Assembly: GCA_963704725.1 (NCBI GenBank)
Contig: OY969934.1
Coordinates: 2,080,001 to 2,144,000, forward strand
Direction of reading: 5' to 3'
DNA length: 64,000 bases
Origin: an uncultured Actinomycetes bacterium
GTDB taxonomy: Bacteria; Actinomycetota; UBA4738; HRBIN12
Every line of letters starts with the position of its first letter. The stretch's first letter is position 1. The notes beneath the pieces were generated by a model, which was given only the letters and a program-made list of their open reading frames with translations, searched no databases and was not told where the DNA came from. Below, piece after piece: positions 1-8,505 of the stretch. The position numbers were made by a program, and so were the translations under genes.

Positions 1-836
1 CGCTCGATCACGCCCCGCGCGGCGAGGTCCACCTCCGCCACCGTCGCGCCGGCGTGCACCGCCTCGATCCCCGCCGCTTGTGCCGCGGCGACCAGCTCGT
101 GGAGCTCGCGGATCCTCGCCTCCGGCGGGCCGAAGGCCACCGTCCTCGTCATGTCCGAGTGGTAGCCGTCCACGAGCGCGCCGAAGTCGAGCTTCACCAC
201 GTCGCCGCGGCGAAGCGGCCGGTCCGTCGGATCGTGATGCGGCTCCGCGGCCGACTCGCCGAACGCCGCGATCGTCTCGAAGGACTTGTCGTCGGCGCCG
301 GCCTCGCGCATCTCGAGCTCGAGGCGGAGCGCGAGCTGGCGCTCGGTGATCCCCTCGCGCACGCCGCCGCCCAGCACGACCCGCTCGAAGGCCGCGTCGG
401 CCGCCTCCTGAGCCCGGTCCAGCCGCCCCATCTCATCGCCGTCCTTCACCCGGCGCAGCCGCTCGACCTCGGGGCCGGCCGGGACCAGCTCGACGCCCTC
501 GAGCTGGTCGCGCAGGCGCTCCCAGAACCGGTAGGTGACCCCTTCGGCCTCGAATCCGATCCGCCGAAGCTTCCGGTTGGCCGCCTGCTCCGCGATGGGC
601 GGCGAGCCGTCCAGGTAGATGACCCGCTCGGTGTCGGGCACCTCGTGGCACGACTGCTCCTCGTACCGCCCGTCCGTGAAGAACACGGCACCCTCGGGCC
701 CGAGCAGGATCTGCCCGTTCGATCCGGTGAACCCGGTGAGGTACCGCACGTTCGGCAGCCGTGTCACGAACAGGGCGTCGAGCTCGAGCTCGGCCACGCG
801 CGCCGCGAGGCGCTCCCGCCTCAGCCCGTGATCCAC
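1..836 (-). CDS. pepQ: Xaa-Pro aminopeptidase (M24 family), truncated by window edge
   Basis: Manual translation from GTG at 836: MDHGLRRERLAARVAELELDALFVTRLPNVRYLTGFTGSNG..., later PHH and LDFGALVDGYHSDMTRT; follows aroQ as in other Actinomycetota. Confidence 0.9.
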   Translation of the reverse strand, partial: MDHGLRRERLAARVAELELDALFVTRLPNVRYLTGFTGSNGQILLGPEGAVFFTDGRYEEQSCHEVPDTERVIYLDGSPPIAEQAANRKLRRIGFEAEGVTYRFWERLRDQLEGVELVPAGPEVERLRRVKDGDEMGRLDRAQEAADAAFERVVLGGGVREGITERQLALRLELEMREAGADDKSFETIAAFGESAAEPHHDPTDRPLRRGDVVKLDFGALVDGYHSDMTRTVAFGPPEARIRELHELVAAAQAAGIEAVHAGATVAEVDLAARGVIE

Positions 837-1261
837 GGCAGCGCCTCCAGCGCGAGGTGGTACCCGCCAGCGCCCGCGCCGGCGATCGTGGCGCGGCAGA
901 CGCCCGAGATCACCGAGTGCCGGCGGAACTCCTCGCGAGCGTAGATGTTCGTCATGTGCACCTCGACGACCGGGAGGGGGCAGGCCTCGATCGCGTCCCG
1001 GAGCGCGTACGAGTAGTGCGTGAGGGCTCCGCCGTTCACCACGATCGCCCCGTGCCCCTCGCCGGCGGCGGCGTGGATCCACCCGAGCAGCTCACCCTCG
1101 TGGTCGGACTGCCGCCACGCCGTCTCGTGGCCCAGGCGCCCGGCCCGCTCGGCCACCTCGCCCATGATCTCGGCGAGGGTCTGCGAACCGTAGCGCTCGG
1201 GCTCGCGCGACCCGAGCTCTCCGAGGTTCGGCCCGAACAGGAAGAGCACCCGCATCCCCAT
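821..1261 (-). CDS. aroQ: Type II 3-dehydroquinate dehydratase
   Basis: GPNLGELGSREPERYG, NGGALTHYSYALRDA, VEVHMTNIYAREEFRRHS motifs. Confidence 0.95.
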   Translation of the reverse strand: MGMRVLFLFGPNLGELGSREPERYGSQTLAEIMGEVAERAGRLGHETAWRQSDHEGELLGWIHAAAGEGHGAIVVNGGALTHYSYALRDAIEACPLPVVEVHMTNIYAREEFRRHSVISGVCRATIAGAGAGGYHLALEALPWITG

Positions 1262-1704
1262 CACCCCACGGCGAAGCCTACGGCCTCGGCGGCGGTCGCC
1301 TGGTCCCGATCCCTGGTCACGAACACGATCTCCTCGTCGCCGGCGATGGCGGGACACTCCTCGAGCGCCACGGCAAGGTGAAGGGCGTCGAGTGTCCGAA
1401 GACGATGCTCCAGCACCAGTCGATGGGCCGATGGGATCACGGACTCCGGCCGCAAGCGGAGGACCGAGACGGGTCCGCTCCCCCCGAGGTCGAGATCGAT
1501 CCGCGCCAGGACGTCCTCGGGTCCACGGATCCGGCCTGCCGCCAGAGCGGCTCGAACCGCGCTGGCCAGCTCTACACGCGTCAGCTCGCTCGTCACGACA
1601 ACGTCATCGCCTTCGAGGAGGATCCCGAGCAAGACGTTGTGCTCGGGCTCGTCAATGAGGTAGGCGCGTGCAAGAGCACTCGCGTCCGCGTAGATGACGC
1701 TCAC
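1261..1704 (-). CDS. vapC: PIN-domain toxin (VapC family)
   Basis: IYADASAL, ELTRVE, LRTLDALHLA, FVTRD PIN motifs; 4-bp overlap with upstream antitoxin. Confidence 0.9.
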   Translation of the reverse strand: MSVIYADASALARAYLIDEPEHNVLLGILLEGDDVVVTSELTRVELASAVRAALAAGRIRGPEDVLARIDLDLGGSGPVSVLRLRPESVIPSAHRLVLEHRLRTLDALHLAVALEECPAIAGDEEIVFVTRDRDQATAAEAVGFAVG

Positions 1705-1991
1705 CGGGCGTTGCGTTCGGCCTCGAGGGCCTCGCTGACCGCCGTTCCCCAGCCCCGCGTCGACCGGATCGCGGCGTCACGTGACGGTGGCCGCTTCGCC
1801 GGTGGAGGAAGCTTCACGCCAAGGCCGAGCGCCTCGATCCTCGCCCGAACCCTGGCGCGGGCGTCGTCCTTGGTGAGGCCCGCCTCGAGCAGCTCAGTGA
1901 CCAGCGCGTTCAGGGAACGGCCCTCCGCCTCCGCCCTGGCCTTGAGCCGCTCGTGCAGGCGCTCGTCCACTCGGGTGATGAGCTGCTTCAC
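1701..1991 (-). CDS. Ribbon-helix-helix antitoxin (VapB/FitA-like)
   Basis: MKQLITRVDERLHERLKARAEAEGRSLNALVTELL is RHH-like; directly upstream of PIN gene. Confidence 0.85.
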   Translation of the reverse strand: MKQLITRVDERLHERLKARAEAEGRSLNALVTELLEAGLTKDDARARVRARIEALGLGVKLPPPAKRPPSRDAAIRSTRGWGTAVSEALEAERNAR

Positions 1992-1998
1992 CCCTCGA

Positions 1999-2027
1999 TG
2001 ATAGCACGTGCGAACAAGATGCTATCA
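1999..2027. promoter_or_regulatory. TA operator inverted repeat TGATAGCA-N13-TGCTATCA overlapping a -10 box (TATCAT, minus strand) of a probably leaderless antitoxin transcript
   Basis: Perfect 8-bp half-sites at 1999-2006 and 2020-2027; same half-site as the FitAB-type operator. Confidence 0.8.
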
Positions 2028-3104
2028 CGCGCCCTGTTCGATGGCGGCGCGCACTCGGGCCTCCGAGACCGAGTCGAGCACCACCGGCCGGCCCACGTCC
2101 TCTAGGAGCACGAAGCGGACGCCGCCCCGGTACTTCTTGTCCATCTTCATCGCCCCGAGGATCTCGTCCGCGTCCGGCACCTGGCCCACGGTCTCCAGAC
2201 CGAGCGAGGCGAGCAGGCGGACGTGACGGGCGGCGAGCCCGGCGGGGGCGAGCCCCTCGGCCTCGGCCAGGCGGGCCGCGAACACCATACCGATCGAGAT
2301 GGCCTCACCGTGCGTGCGGCCGGCGAACGCGTCCAGGCGCTCGAGGGCGTGCCCCAGCGTGTGTCCGTAGTTCAGCATCAGCCGGCGGCCGGCGTCGCGC
2401 TCGTCCTGCCCGACGACCCCGGCCTTGGCCCGGACGCACCGGGCCACGATCGCCTCCAGCGCCGCCGGATCGCGGGCCAGCAGCGGGGCCGGGTCGCGCT
2501 CCAGCAGGTCGAGGAGCTCGAGGTCGAGCGTGAGCCCGTACTTCGCCACCTCGGCCAGGCCCGAGCGATAGTCGCGATCCGAGAGCGTCGCCAGCGTGGC
2601 GACGTCGGCCAGCACCGCGACCGGCTGGTGGAACGCGCCCACGAGGTTCTTGCCCTCGGGCAGGTTCACCGCGGTCTTGCCGCCGATCGCGGCGTCCACC
2701 TGAGCCGTGAGCGTGGTCGGCACCTGGACGAACGGGACGCCGCGCATGTAGGTGGCGGCGACGAACCCCGCCAGGTCCCCCACCGCCCCGCCGCCCAGGG
2801 CCACCACCACGTCGTCGCGATGGGCCTCCTGCGTGGCGAGATGGCGGAGCAGCGCGAAGAGCGTCGGCAGCGACTTGGCCTCCTCGCCCTCGGGGACGCC
2901 GAGGTGCACGCAGGCGAACCCGCGCTCGGCGAGCCCCCGCTCCAAGGCCCCCAGGTAGCGCTCGGCGACCGCGCCGTCGGCGACGACGAATGCCCGCTCG
3001 GCGCCGGGGAGATCGGGCACGATGGCCCCCGCACGCTCGAGCACGCCGGACCCGATCGTCACGTCGTACGCGCGTCCGGGGAGCTCGACCGTCACGCGCT
3101 CCAT
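2025..3104 (-). CDS. aroB: 3-dehydroquinate synthase
   Basis: [10 protein letters not shown] start; LGGGAVGDLAGF, QVPTTLTAQVDAAIGGKT, LNYGHTLGHALE, HGEAIS. Confidence 0.97.
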   Translation of the reverse strand: MERVTVELPGRAYDVTIGSGVLERAGAIVPDLPGAERAFVVADGAVAERYLGALERGLAERGFACVHLGVPEGEEAKSLPTLFALLRHLATQEAHRDDVVVALGGGAVGDLAGFVAATYMRGVPFVQVPTTLTAQVDAAIGGKTAVNLPEGKNLVGAFHQPVAVLADVATLATLSDRDYRSGLAEVAKYGLTLDLELLDLLERDPAPLLARDPAALEAIVARCVRAKAGVVGQDERDAGRRLMLNYGHTLGHALERLDAFAGRTHGEAISIGMVFAARLAEAEGLAPAGLAARHVRLLASLGLETVGQVPDADEILGAMKMDKKYRGGVRFVLLEDVGRPVVLDSVSEARVRAAIEQGA

Positions 3105-3592
3105 CGCAACAGCTCCCTCTCGATCGCCTCGGCGACCTCCGCCGGTGTCCCGCTCGCCTCGACGACGTGCACGGCGAACTCGCGGTACAGCGGCTCGCGC
3201 TCCCGGTACAGCCGCTCGAGGTCGCCCTCGGCGTGGATCAGGGGACGCTCGGACGCCGGCCGAACGCGCCCGCGAAGGACCTCGAGGGGGACGGACAGGA
3301 ACACCACGTCGCCGGTGGCTCGGAGCGTGATCCGGTTCGCCGGCTCCAGCACGACGCCGCCCCCGCACGAGACCACCGAGGGGTCCCGAGCGGCGGCCTC
3401 GCTGAGCGCCGCGGCCTCCAGCTCGCGGAAGCGCGCCTCGCCGTCCTGCTCGAAGATCTCCCGAACGGTCCGCCCGGCGGCGCGCTCGATCTCGGCGTCG
3501 AGCTCGACGTACGGGACGCCGAGACGCGCCGCGAGCTCGGGCCCGACGGTCGACTTGCCCGAGCCCGGCATCCCCACGAGGTAGACGATCAC
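3092..3592 (-). CDS. aroK: Shikimate kinase
   Basis: [14 protein letters not shown]-loop, [14 protein letters not shown]. Confidence 0.95.
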   Translation of the reverse strand: MIVYLVGMPGSGKSTVGPELAARLGVPYVELDAEIERAAGRTVREIFEQDGEARFRELEAAALSEAAARDPSVVSCGGGVVLEPANRITLRATGDVVFLSVPLEVLRGRVRPASERPLIHAEGDLERLYREREPLYREFAVHVVEASGTPAEVAEAIERELLRWSA

Positions 3593-4731
3593 GGCAGCCC
3601 CGCCACGAAGGCGTCGAGGTTGCGGCGCGTCTCCGGGAGCGAGTCGCCGCCGAACTTCTCGAGCACGGCGTCGGCGAGCACATGGGCCACGACGGCCTCG
3701 CCCACCACGGCTCCGGCCGGGACCGCGCACACGTCCGTCCGCTGCTTGATGGCGACGGCGGGCTCCCCCGTCGCCAGGTCGATGGTGGCCAGCGGACGGG
3801 GCACGGTGGAGAAGGGCTTCATCGCGGCGCGGAGCCGGATCGTCTGCCCGGTGCTCATGCCGCCCTCGATCCCGCCGGCGCGTCCGCTCCGCCGGCGTAG
3901 CGGCCCCAGGATCTCGTCGTGCGCCTTCGAGCCGGGCCGGGCGGCCGTGGCGAAGCCGTCGCCCACCTCGACGCCCTTGACGGACTGCACGCTCATGAGC
4001 GCCAGCGCCAGGCGCGCGTCGAGCTTGCGGTCGTACTGGACGTGCGACCCGAGCCCCGGCGGGCATCCGTACGCCAGCACCTCGAACACGCCGCCGAGCG
4101 TGTCCTTGTCCTTGCGGGCCCTGCGGATCGCCTCGACCATGCGCGCGCCGGCTCCCTCGTCGAGGCAGCGCACCGGCGACGCGTCGATCCGGTCGAGGTC
4201 CCCCGGGCGCGGGAGGCGGGCCGACCGGGAAGTGGCGGGTCCGATCCTGACGACGTGCGAGAGCACCTGGATGCCGAGCTCGGCCAGGAACGCCTTGCAC
4301 AGCGACCCCAGCGCGACCCGCATCGCCGTCTCGCGGGCGCTGGCCCGCTCGAGCACGTTGCGGACGTCGTCGAACCCGTACTTCAGCGCGCCGGCCAGGT
4401 CGGCGTGGCCCGGTCGCGGCCGCGTGAGCTTGTCGGCGGCGTCGATATCGCCTTCCACGCCCATGAGGTCGCGGTACCTGCGCTCCCACTCGGCGTTCGC
4501 GACCGTGATCGCGATCGGGCTGCCGAGGGTGCGCCCGTGCCGGACGCCGGAGACGATCTCGACCGGGTCGGCCTCGAGCTTCTGGCGGCCGCTCCGGCCG
4601 TAGCCCATCCGCCGCCGCGCCAGCTCCTGGGCGATCTCCTTGGGCGAGACCGGGACGCCCGCCGGCAGCCCCTCCAGCACGCCGACGAGCCCCTTGCCGT
4701 GCGATTCACCCGCCGTGAGCAGCCGCAGCAT
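3589..4731 (-). CDS. aroC: Chorismate synthase
   Basis: [36 protein letters not shown]. Confidence 0.97.
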   Translation of the reverse strand: MLRLLTAGESHGKGLVGVLEGLPAGVPVSPKEIAQELARRRMGYGRSGRQKLEADPVEIVSGVRHGRTLGSPIAITVANAEWERRYRDLMGVEGDIDAADKLTRPRPGHADLAGALKYGFDDVRNVLERASARETAMRVALGSLCKAFLAELGIQVLSHVVRIGPATSRSARLPRPGDLDRIDASPVRCLDEGAGARMVEAIRRARKDKDTLGGVFEVLAYGCPPGLGSHVQYDRKLDARLALALMSVQSVKGVEVGDGFATAARPGSKAHDEILGPLRRRSGRAGGIEGGMSTGQTIRLRAAMKPFSTVPRPLATIDLATGEPAVAIKQRTDVCAVPAGAVVGEAVVAHVLADAVLEKFGGDSLPETRRNLDAFVAGLP

Positions 4732-4832
4732 GGGCCTCATGATATGGAATGGTCGAGGGCGGCCCCGGGTCACGGGGCCGCCCTCGCGGACCGGCGAGCC
4801 GCTCCCCCCGAAGCGCGACCGCCGGCGTTTGC

Positions 4833-5480
4833 CTACGGGTCCAGGCAGAGCGTGAAGCTCTGGTCCCCGAACAGGAACCGCGCGCACCCGTCGTCGATGT
4901 TCACGAGCTTGAAGTTCTCCGCGAACAGGGCGCCCTCCTCGACGGTCCACGTGTCGTGGTCCACGACGACCTGGAGCTTCCTCCCGTTGCCGGCGATCGA
5001 GTCGAGCACCACGTGGTGGCCGCCGATCGTGATCTCGTTCGTGGGAGGCGGGGGCGGCGGGGGCGGCGGTGTCGTCGGCGGGGCCGTCGTCGGCGGTGCG
5101 GTGGTCGGCGGGGCCGTCGTCGGCGGTGCGGTGGTCGGCGGGCCCGTCGTCGGCGGTGCCGTGGTCGGCCCGGTGGCGCCAGTGGGGCCGACGCTGCCGC
5201 TCGGGGTCTCGGTCGCGAGGCCGGGCGGGATCGAGAACGGATCCCGGCCTCCGGCCAGGTCCACGGGCGGCAGCGTCTCGCGGGGCGTGGGGGACTCGGA
5301 GACGGACGGCGTCGCGCTCGGCGCCGGACCGGTCACCGTCGTCGTCGGACCGGTCGGCGATGCGTTGTCGCCCTCTCCTCCCCCTCCCAGCACGGTCGTG
5401 ACCAAGAAGTAGACGAGCGCCAGGCCGGCGACCACGCCGAGCACCTGGAGCATGCGCTTGTCGCGGGGGGTCAGGGTCAT
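4833..5480 (-). CDS. Membrane-anchored Pro/Thr-rich pilus accessory protein (PilP-like position)
   Basis: N-terminal TM helix, GRDPF motif, PTTAP repeats, small beta-rich C-terminal domain with two Cys; coupled to pilO. Confidence 0.65.
   Translation of the reverse strand: MTLTPRDKRMLQVLGVVAGLALVYFLVTTVLGGGGEGDNASPTGPTTTVTGPAPSATPSVSESPTPRETLPPVDLAGGRDPFSIPPGLATETPSGSVGPTGATGPTTAPPTTGPPTTAPPTTAPPTTAPPTTAPPTTPPPPPPPPPTNEITIGGHHVVLDSIAGNGRKLQVVVDHDTWTVEEGALFAENFKLVNIDDGCARFLFGDQSFTLCLDP
5071..5172. repeat. About 7 degenerate 15-bp tandem repeats encoding PTT(A/G)P
   Basis: gtcgtcggcggggcc / gtcgtcggcggtgcg / gtggtcggcggggcc ... units. Confidence 0.9.
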
Positions 5481-6121
5481 GTGGCGGCTCCTGTGGTGGA
5501 CGTCGGCCCGGTGGTACCGCTCGGCGCGATGGCCCCGCCCTCTTGCGGTCCCGGCTGCGACCCCGGACCGGAGCTGATGTCCGTCGTGTAGAACTCGATC
5601 GTGATCTGCATCGACAGGGACGTCGTCGTGGTCGTCGCAGAGGCCTCGGTGGCCGGCGCCATCGTGATGCTCAACACCTTCGCGGCGCGCGGGAGGGTCT
5701 CCATCAGGAACAGGAACTGATCGAGCGAGAAGTAGTTGCCCGTGACCGAGATCTGGGACGGGATGATCGAGAAGGTGGACGAGGCGTCCGCGGTGGGCGT
5801 TCCGGGCGTGAACGAGAAGAAGTCGACCGCCGAACGGTCCGCCGCACCCTGCAGCAGGCCGAACAGCGCCGGCAGGTCGGCCGTCGGCGGGATCTGCTCC
5901 TCGATCTGCGCGATCTGACGCTCGGTCTCTGGCGCGTTCGCCTGCGCCTCCTGGAGGGCCCGAAGCTGGTTCTGGAGCGTGAGCTCCTGGTCCTCGGCGG
6001 CCGTGAGGTCGTCCTGGACCTCCCCGACCTGTCCCATCTTCGGCAGGACGAGGATCATGACGAGGAGCACCGCGATCAGCGCGATCGCCCCGCCGGCGAT
6101 GAGCGGTGCGCGGCGATTCAC
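5477..6121 (-). CDS. pilO: Type IV pilus assembly protein PilO
   Basis: TM helix, coiled coil, [26 protein letters not shown]. Confidence 0.88.
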   Translation of the reverse strand: MNRRAPLIAGGAIALIAVLLVMILVLPKMGQVGEVQDDLTAAEDQELTLQNQLRALQEAQANAPETERQIAQIEEQIPPTADLPALFGLLQGAADRSAVDFFSFTPGTPTADASSTFSIIPSQISVTGNYFSLDQFLFLMETLPRAAKVLSITMAPATEASATTTTTSLSMQITIEFYTTDISSGPGSQPGPQEGGAIAPSGTTGPTSTTGAAT

Positions 6122-6750
6122 GGCTGCGTCCCTCCTTGCCCACGCTCCGTGGTGGCGATCGCCGTCAGGTCGAGCCCGCTCGCGAAGGTGTAGATCCTCG
6201 AGAACGCCGCGCTCTCGGCCGCGCTCGTCACCCAGGGGTTGACCCACCCCTTCACCTGCTCGAGACGGGTCAGCCAGGTGGCGATCGTGTCCGTTCCTCC
6301 CGCCACGCCGTCGAACGTGAGGTTCCCGATCAGCGTGCTCTCCGCGGTCTCCGGCGTCGGCGCGGTCGCGCCGCCGGTCGGCGTCGTGACCTGCCCGGAC
6401 AGGCTCGTCAGATAGGAGTCGTCGGGGATCACGCGCGAGACGTCGAGGAGGGCGCTCGACCACGACACCTCGTTGAGGAAGAGCGTGCCGACGAGCTGCT
6501 GCTTGCCCGCGAGCTGTGCCTGAAGCGTGGCGAACTCCTGGAGCCCACCGATCTGCGACGTGAGCTGGGCGTTCTTGTCGTTCTGCGTCGCCAGGTCGTC
6601 CTGGACCCCGGCCAGCCGCTGGCTCTGCGTGAAGTAGAAGACGCCGATCAGCGCCAGCACGGCGAGCCCGGCGGCCACGACGAGCGACGTCGTCCGGCGG
6701 ATCTTCTGGCGCTCACGGAGCTCGGGGGGGAGGAGGTTGACCTGGCTCAC
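6118..6750 (-). CDS. pilN: Type IV pilus assembly protein PilN
   Basis: VNLLP PilM-binding motif, TM helix, WSSALLDVSRVIPDD. Confidence 0.9.
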   Translation of the reverse strand: MSQVNLLPPELRERQKIRRTTSLVVAAGLAVLALIGVFYFTQSQRLAGVQDDLATQNDKNAQLTSQIGGLQEFATLQAQLAGKQQLVGTLFLNEVSWSSALLDVSRVIPDDSYLTSLSGQVTTPTGGATAPTPETAESTLIGNLTFDGVAGGTDTIATWLTRLEQVKGWVNPWVTSAAESAAFSRIYTFASGLDLTAIATTERGQGGTQP

Positions 6751-7844
6751 GACCGCCTCCGCTCCTGGATCGCGAGACCGACGGCAACGGCCAGCACGGC
6801 CTCGGCCTCGGCCGACGCCTCCGGGGTCAGGTCCAGCTCGGACTTGACGCGCTCGAACAGCCTCCCCCGCTCGACCTGCACCGGGATCCGCTCCTGCAGG
6901 AGCTCGACGAATCCGTCCAGACGGGACCCGCCGCCGCTCACCACGACGCGGGCGATCCGCGCGCCGGGGACCTGCGCCGCATAGAACTCGAGCGACGACC
7001 GGATCTCGTCCACGAAGCTCCCCGCCCGGGCCAGCGCGAGCCGATGGACCTCGTCCAGGCTCGGGAGCTCCGGAGGCGCCGCCGGCGCTCCGCTCTCGTC
7101 CGGCGGCGGGGGCACGACGGGCTCGCCGCGCTTCAGCGCCTCGGCCACGTCGTCGTCGATGTTGAGCCCGCGCGCGATCGCGAGCGTCACGTCGCGGCCG
7201 CCCGAGGGCAGGATCCGGACGAAGCGGGTCACGCCCCGGTCGTGCACGCAGATGCTCGTCACGTGGGCGCCGACGTCGATCACGGCCTCGTCGCCCTGCG
7301 ACTCCAGATCCAGCCCCACGTCGCCGCCGCCGATGGCGCGGACCGCGGCGAACGGTGTGAGGTCGATGCCCTGGGGGTCGAGCTTGGCGGCCAGCGCCGC
7401 CGAGACCAGCGCGCTGACCATCGACTTGTTGGCGGCGACCAGCAGGATCCGCTCCATGCGGCGTCCGCCCTGATCCATCTCGCCCAGGGCGTCGAAGTCG
7501 AGCACGGCGTCCTCCGCCGCCATGGGGATGAACTCCTGGACCTGGAACGCGAGCGAGTCCCGGAGCTCCTTCTCGGGGAGCCACGGGAGCGAGACCTCGC
7601 GGACGACCACCCGCTGGTTGCCGACTCCGAGGTAGACCTGCTTCGCCTTCACGCCCGCCTGGCTCCACAGGTTGCGGAGGGCGTCGGCCACGACCTCGGG
7701 CTGGCGCACCTCGCCGGCCTCGACGGCCCCGGGCGGCAGCGGCACCTGGGCGGCGCGCACGACCACGGGGGTGTCTCCCCCGGCCACCTCCGCCACGCGG
7801 ACGGCGGTCGAACCCACGTCGACGCCGATCCTGGTCCGGGCCAC
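6747..7844 (-). CDS. pilM: Type IV pilus assembly protein PilM (actin-like)
   Basis: IGVDVGSTAVRVAE, VIDVGA, EIRSSLEFY, VSGGGS; GTG start overlaps stop of the upstream HTH gene (TAGTG). Confidence 0.95.
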   Translation of the reverse strand: MARTRIGVDVGSTAVRVAEVAGGDTPVVVRAAQVPLPPGAVEAGEVRQPEVVADALRNLWSQAGVKAKQVYLGVGNQRVVVREVSLPWLPEKELRDSLAFQVQEFIPMAAEDAVLDFDALGEMDQGGRRMERILLVAANKSMVSALVSAALAAKLDPQGIDLTPFAAVRAIGGGDVGLDLESQGDEAVIDVGAHVTSICVHDRGVTRFVRILPSGGRDVTLAIARGLNIDDDVAEALKRGEPVVPPPPDESGAPAAPPELPSLDEVHRLALARAGSFVDEIRSSLEFYAAQVPGARIARVVVSGGGSRLDGFVELLQERIPVQVERGRLFERVKSELDLTPEASAEAEAVLAVAVGLAIQERRRS

Positions 7845-8059
7845 TACGCTCCCTCCACCTGCCGCTGCTCCAGGTACCGATCCATGTCCGACTCCCGGAT
7901 CCGGTAGTTCTTGCCCACCCGGATCGCCGGGAGCTCGCCGCCTTTGATCAGGCGGTACACCGTCATGTTCGAGACCCGCATCGTCGCGGCCACCTCGGCC
8001 ACGGTGAGCAGCCGGTCGCCCGCCTGCCGTCCCGACCACCCTCCCGATCGCCGCGACAC
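7844..8059 (-). CDS. Small Xis/MerR-like HTH DNA-binding protein, copy 2 (Rv0500A/BdtA-like, BldC superfamily)
   Basis: LLTVAEVAATMRVSNMTVYRLIKGGELPAIRVGKNYRI; GGGAGG RBS upstream. Confidence 0.9.
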   Translation of the reverse strand: MSRRSGGWSGRQAGDRLLTVAEVAATMRVSNMTVYRLIKGGELPAIRVGKNYRIRESDMDRYLEQRQVEGA

Positions 8060-8075
8060 GCTGTTGTTGCCTCCC

Positions 8076-8267
8076 TCAGACCGACCGCTCGGAGAGGTAT
8101 CGGTCCACGTCCGACTCCCGGATCCGGTAGTTCTTGCCCACCCGGATCGCCGGGAGCTGCCCCGCCTTGATCAGGCGGTACACCGTCATGTTCGAGACCC
8201 GCATCGTCGCCGCCACCTCACCGACCGTGAGGAGCCGGTCACCGACGAACGGTCGTCGCTTGCCCAT
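8076..8267 (-). CDS. Small Xis/MerR-like HTH DNA-binding protein, copy 1
   Basis: LLTVGEVAATMRVSNMTVYRLIKAGQLPAIRVGKNYRI; 46/50 aa identical to copy 2 in the core. Confidence 0.9.
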   Translation of the reverse strand: MGKRRPFVGDRLLTVGEVAATMRVSNMTVYRLIKAGQLPAIRVGKNYRIRESDVDRYLSERSV

Positions 8268-8387
8268 CTCTCACATCTTTCACACTTAGCCCATCCGCCA
8301 CACTTGCCTCTTGTGTCACAACCCTCACACCTGCTCCATCCGCCCCTGGAGTCCCAGGGTCCCGCACCGTAACAAGAGCCACATCTG
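8262..8387. repeat. In-phase degenerate 9-bp direct-repeat array (14 periods; consensus near TCACAYCTN)
   Basis: gcccatctc tcacatctt tcacactta gcccatccg ccacacttg cctcttgtg tcacaaccc tcacacctg ctccatccg cccctggag tcccagggt cccgcaccg taacaagag ccacatctg; CA at positions 4-5 in 11 of 14 units. Confidence 0.8.
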
Positions 8388-8394
8388 TCGTCAA
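8366..8394 (-). promoter_or_regulatory. Housekeeping sigma70-type promoter TTGACG-N17-TACGGT for HTH-HTH-pilMNOP
   Basis: Near-consensus -35, 17-bp spacer, TANNNT -10, about 100 nt upstream of HTH copy 1. Confidence 0.7.
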
Positions 8395-8429
8395 TCACCC
8401 CTATGACCTACATTCGGCACGATAAGCTG

Positions 8430-8447
8430 AATTACATATATGTAATT
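8430..8447. promoter_or_regulatory. Perfect 18-bp AT-rich palindrome AATTACATATATGTAATT (putative operator)
   Basis: 16/18 A+T and perfectly palindromic in a very GC-rich window; 36 bp upstream of the -35. Confidence 0.7.
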
Positions 8448-8505
8448 AGCAGAAATCGTCAGAAACCCCAGAAGTAACGGCGAGACGGCTCGGGTCGGGT
8501 CCGGT

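Noticed and set aside
7844-8267. Excisionases marking a prophage or ICE
   Set aside because: No integrase, att site or phage genes; sequences fit the chromosomal Rv0500A/BdtA-type regulators
8262-8387. CRISPR array or His-rich peptide (SHLSHL) on the plus strand
   Set aside because: No spacers or cas genes; that ORF is antisense to both HTH genes and only mirrors the 9-bp period
8413-8438. sigma28 promoter for the HTH pair
   Set aside because: GCCGAA is present but there is no matching -35 at 14-15 bp; a better sigma70-type promoter lies downstream
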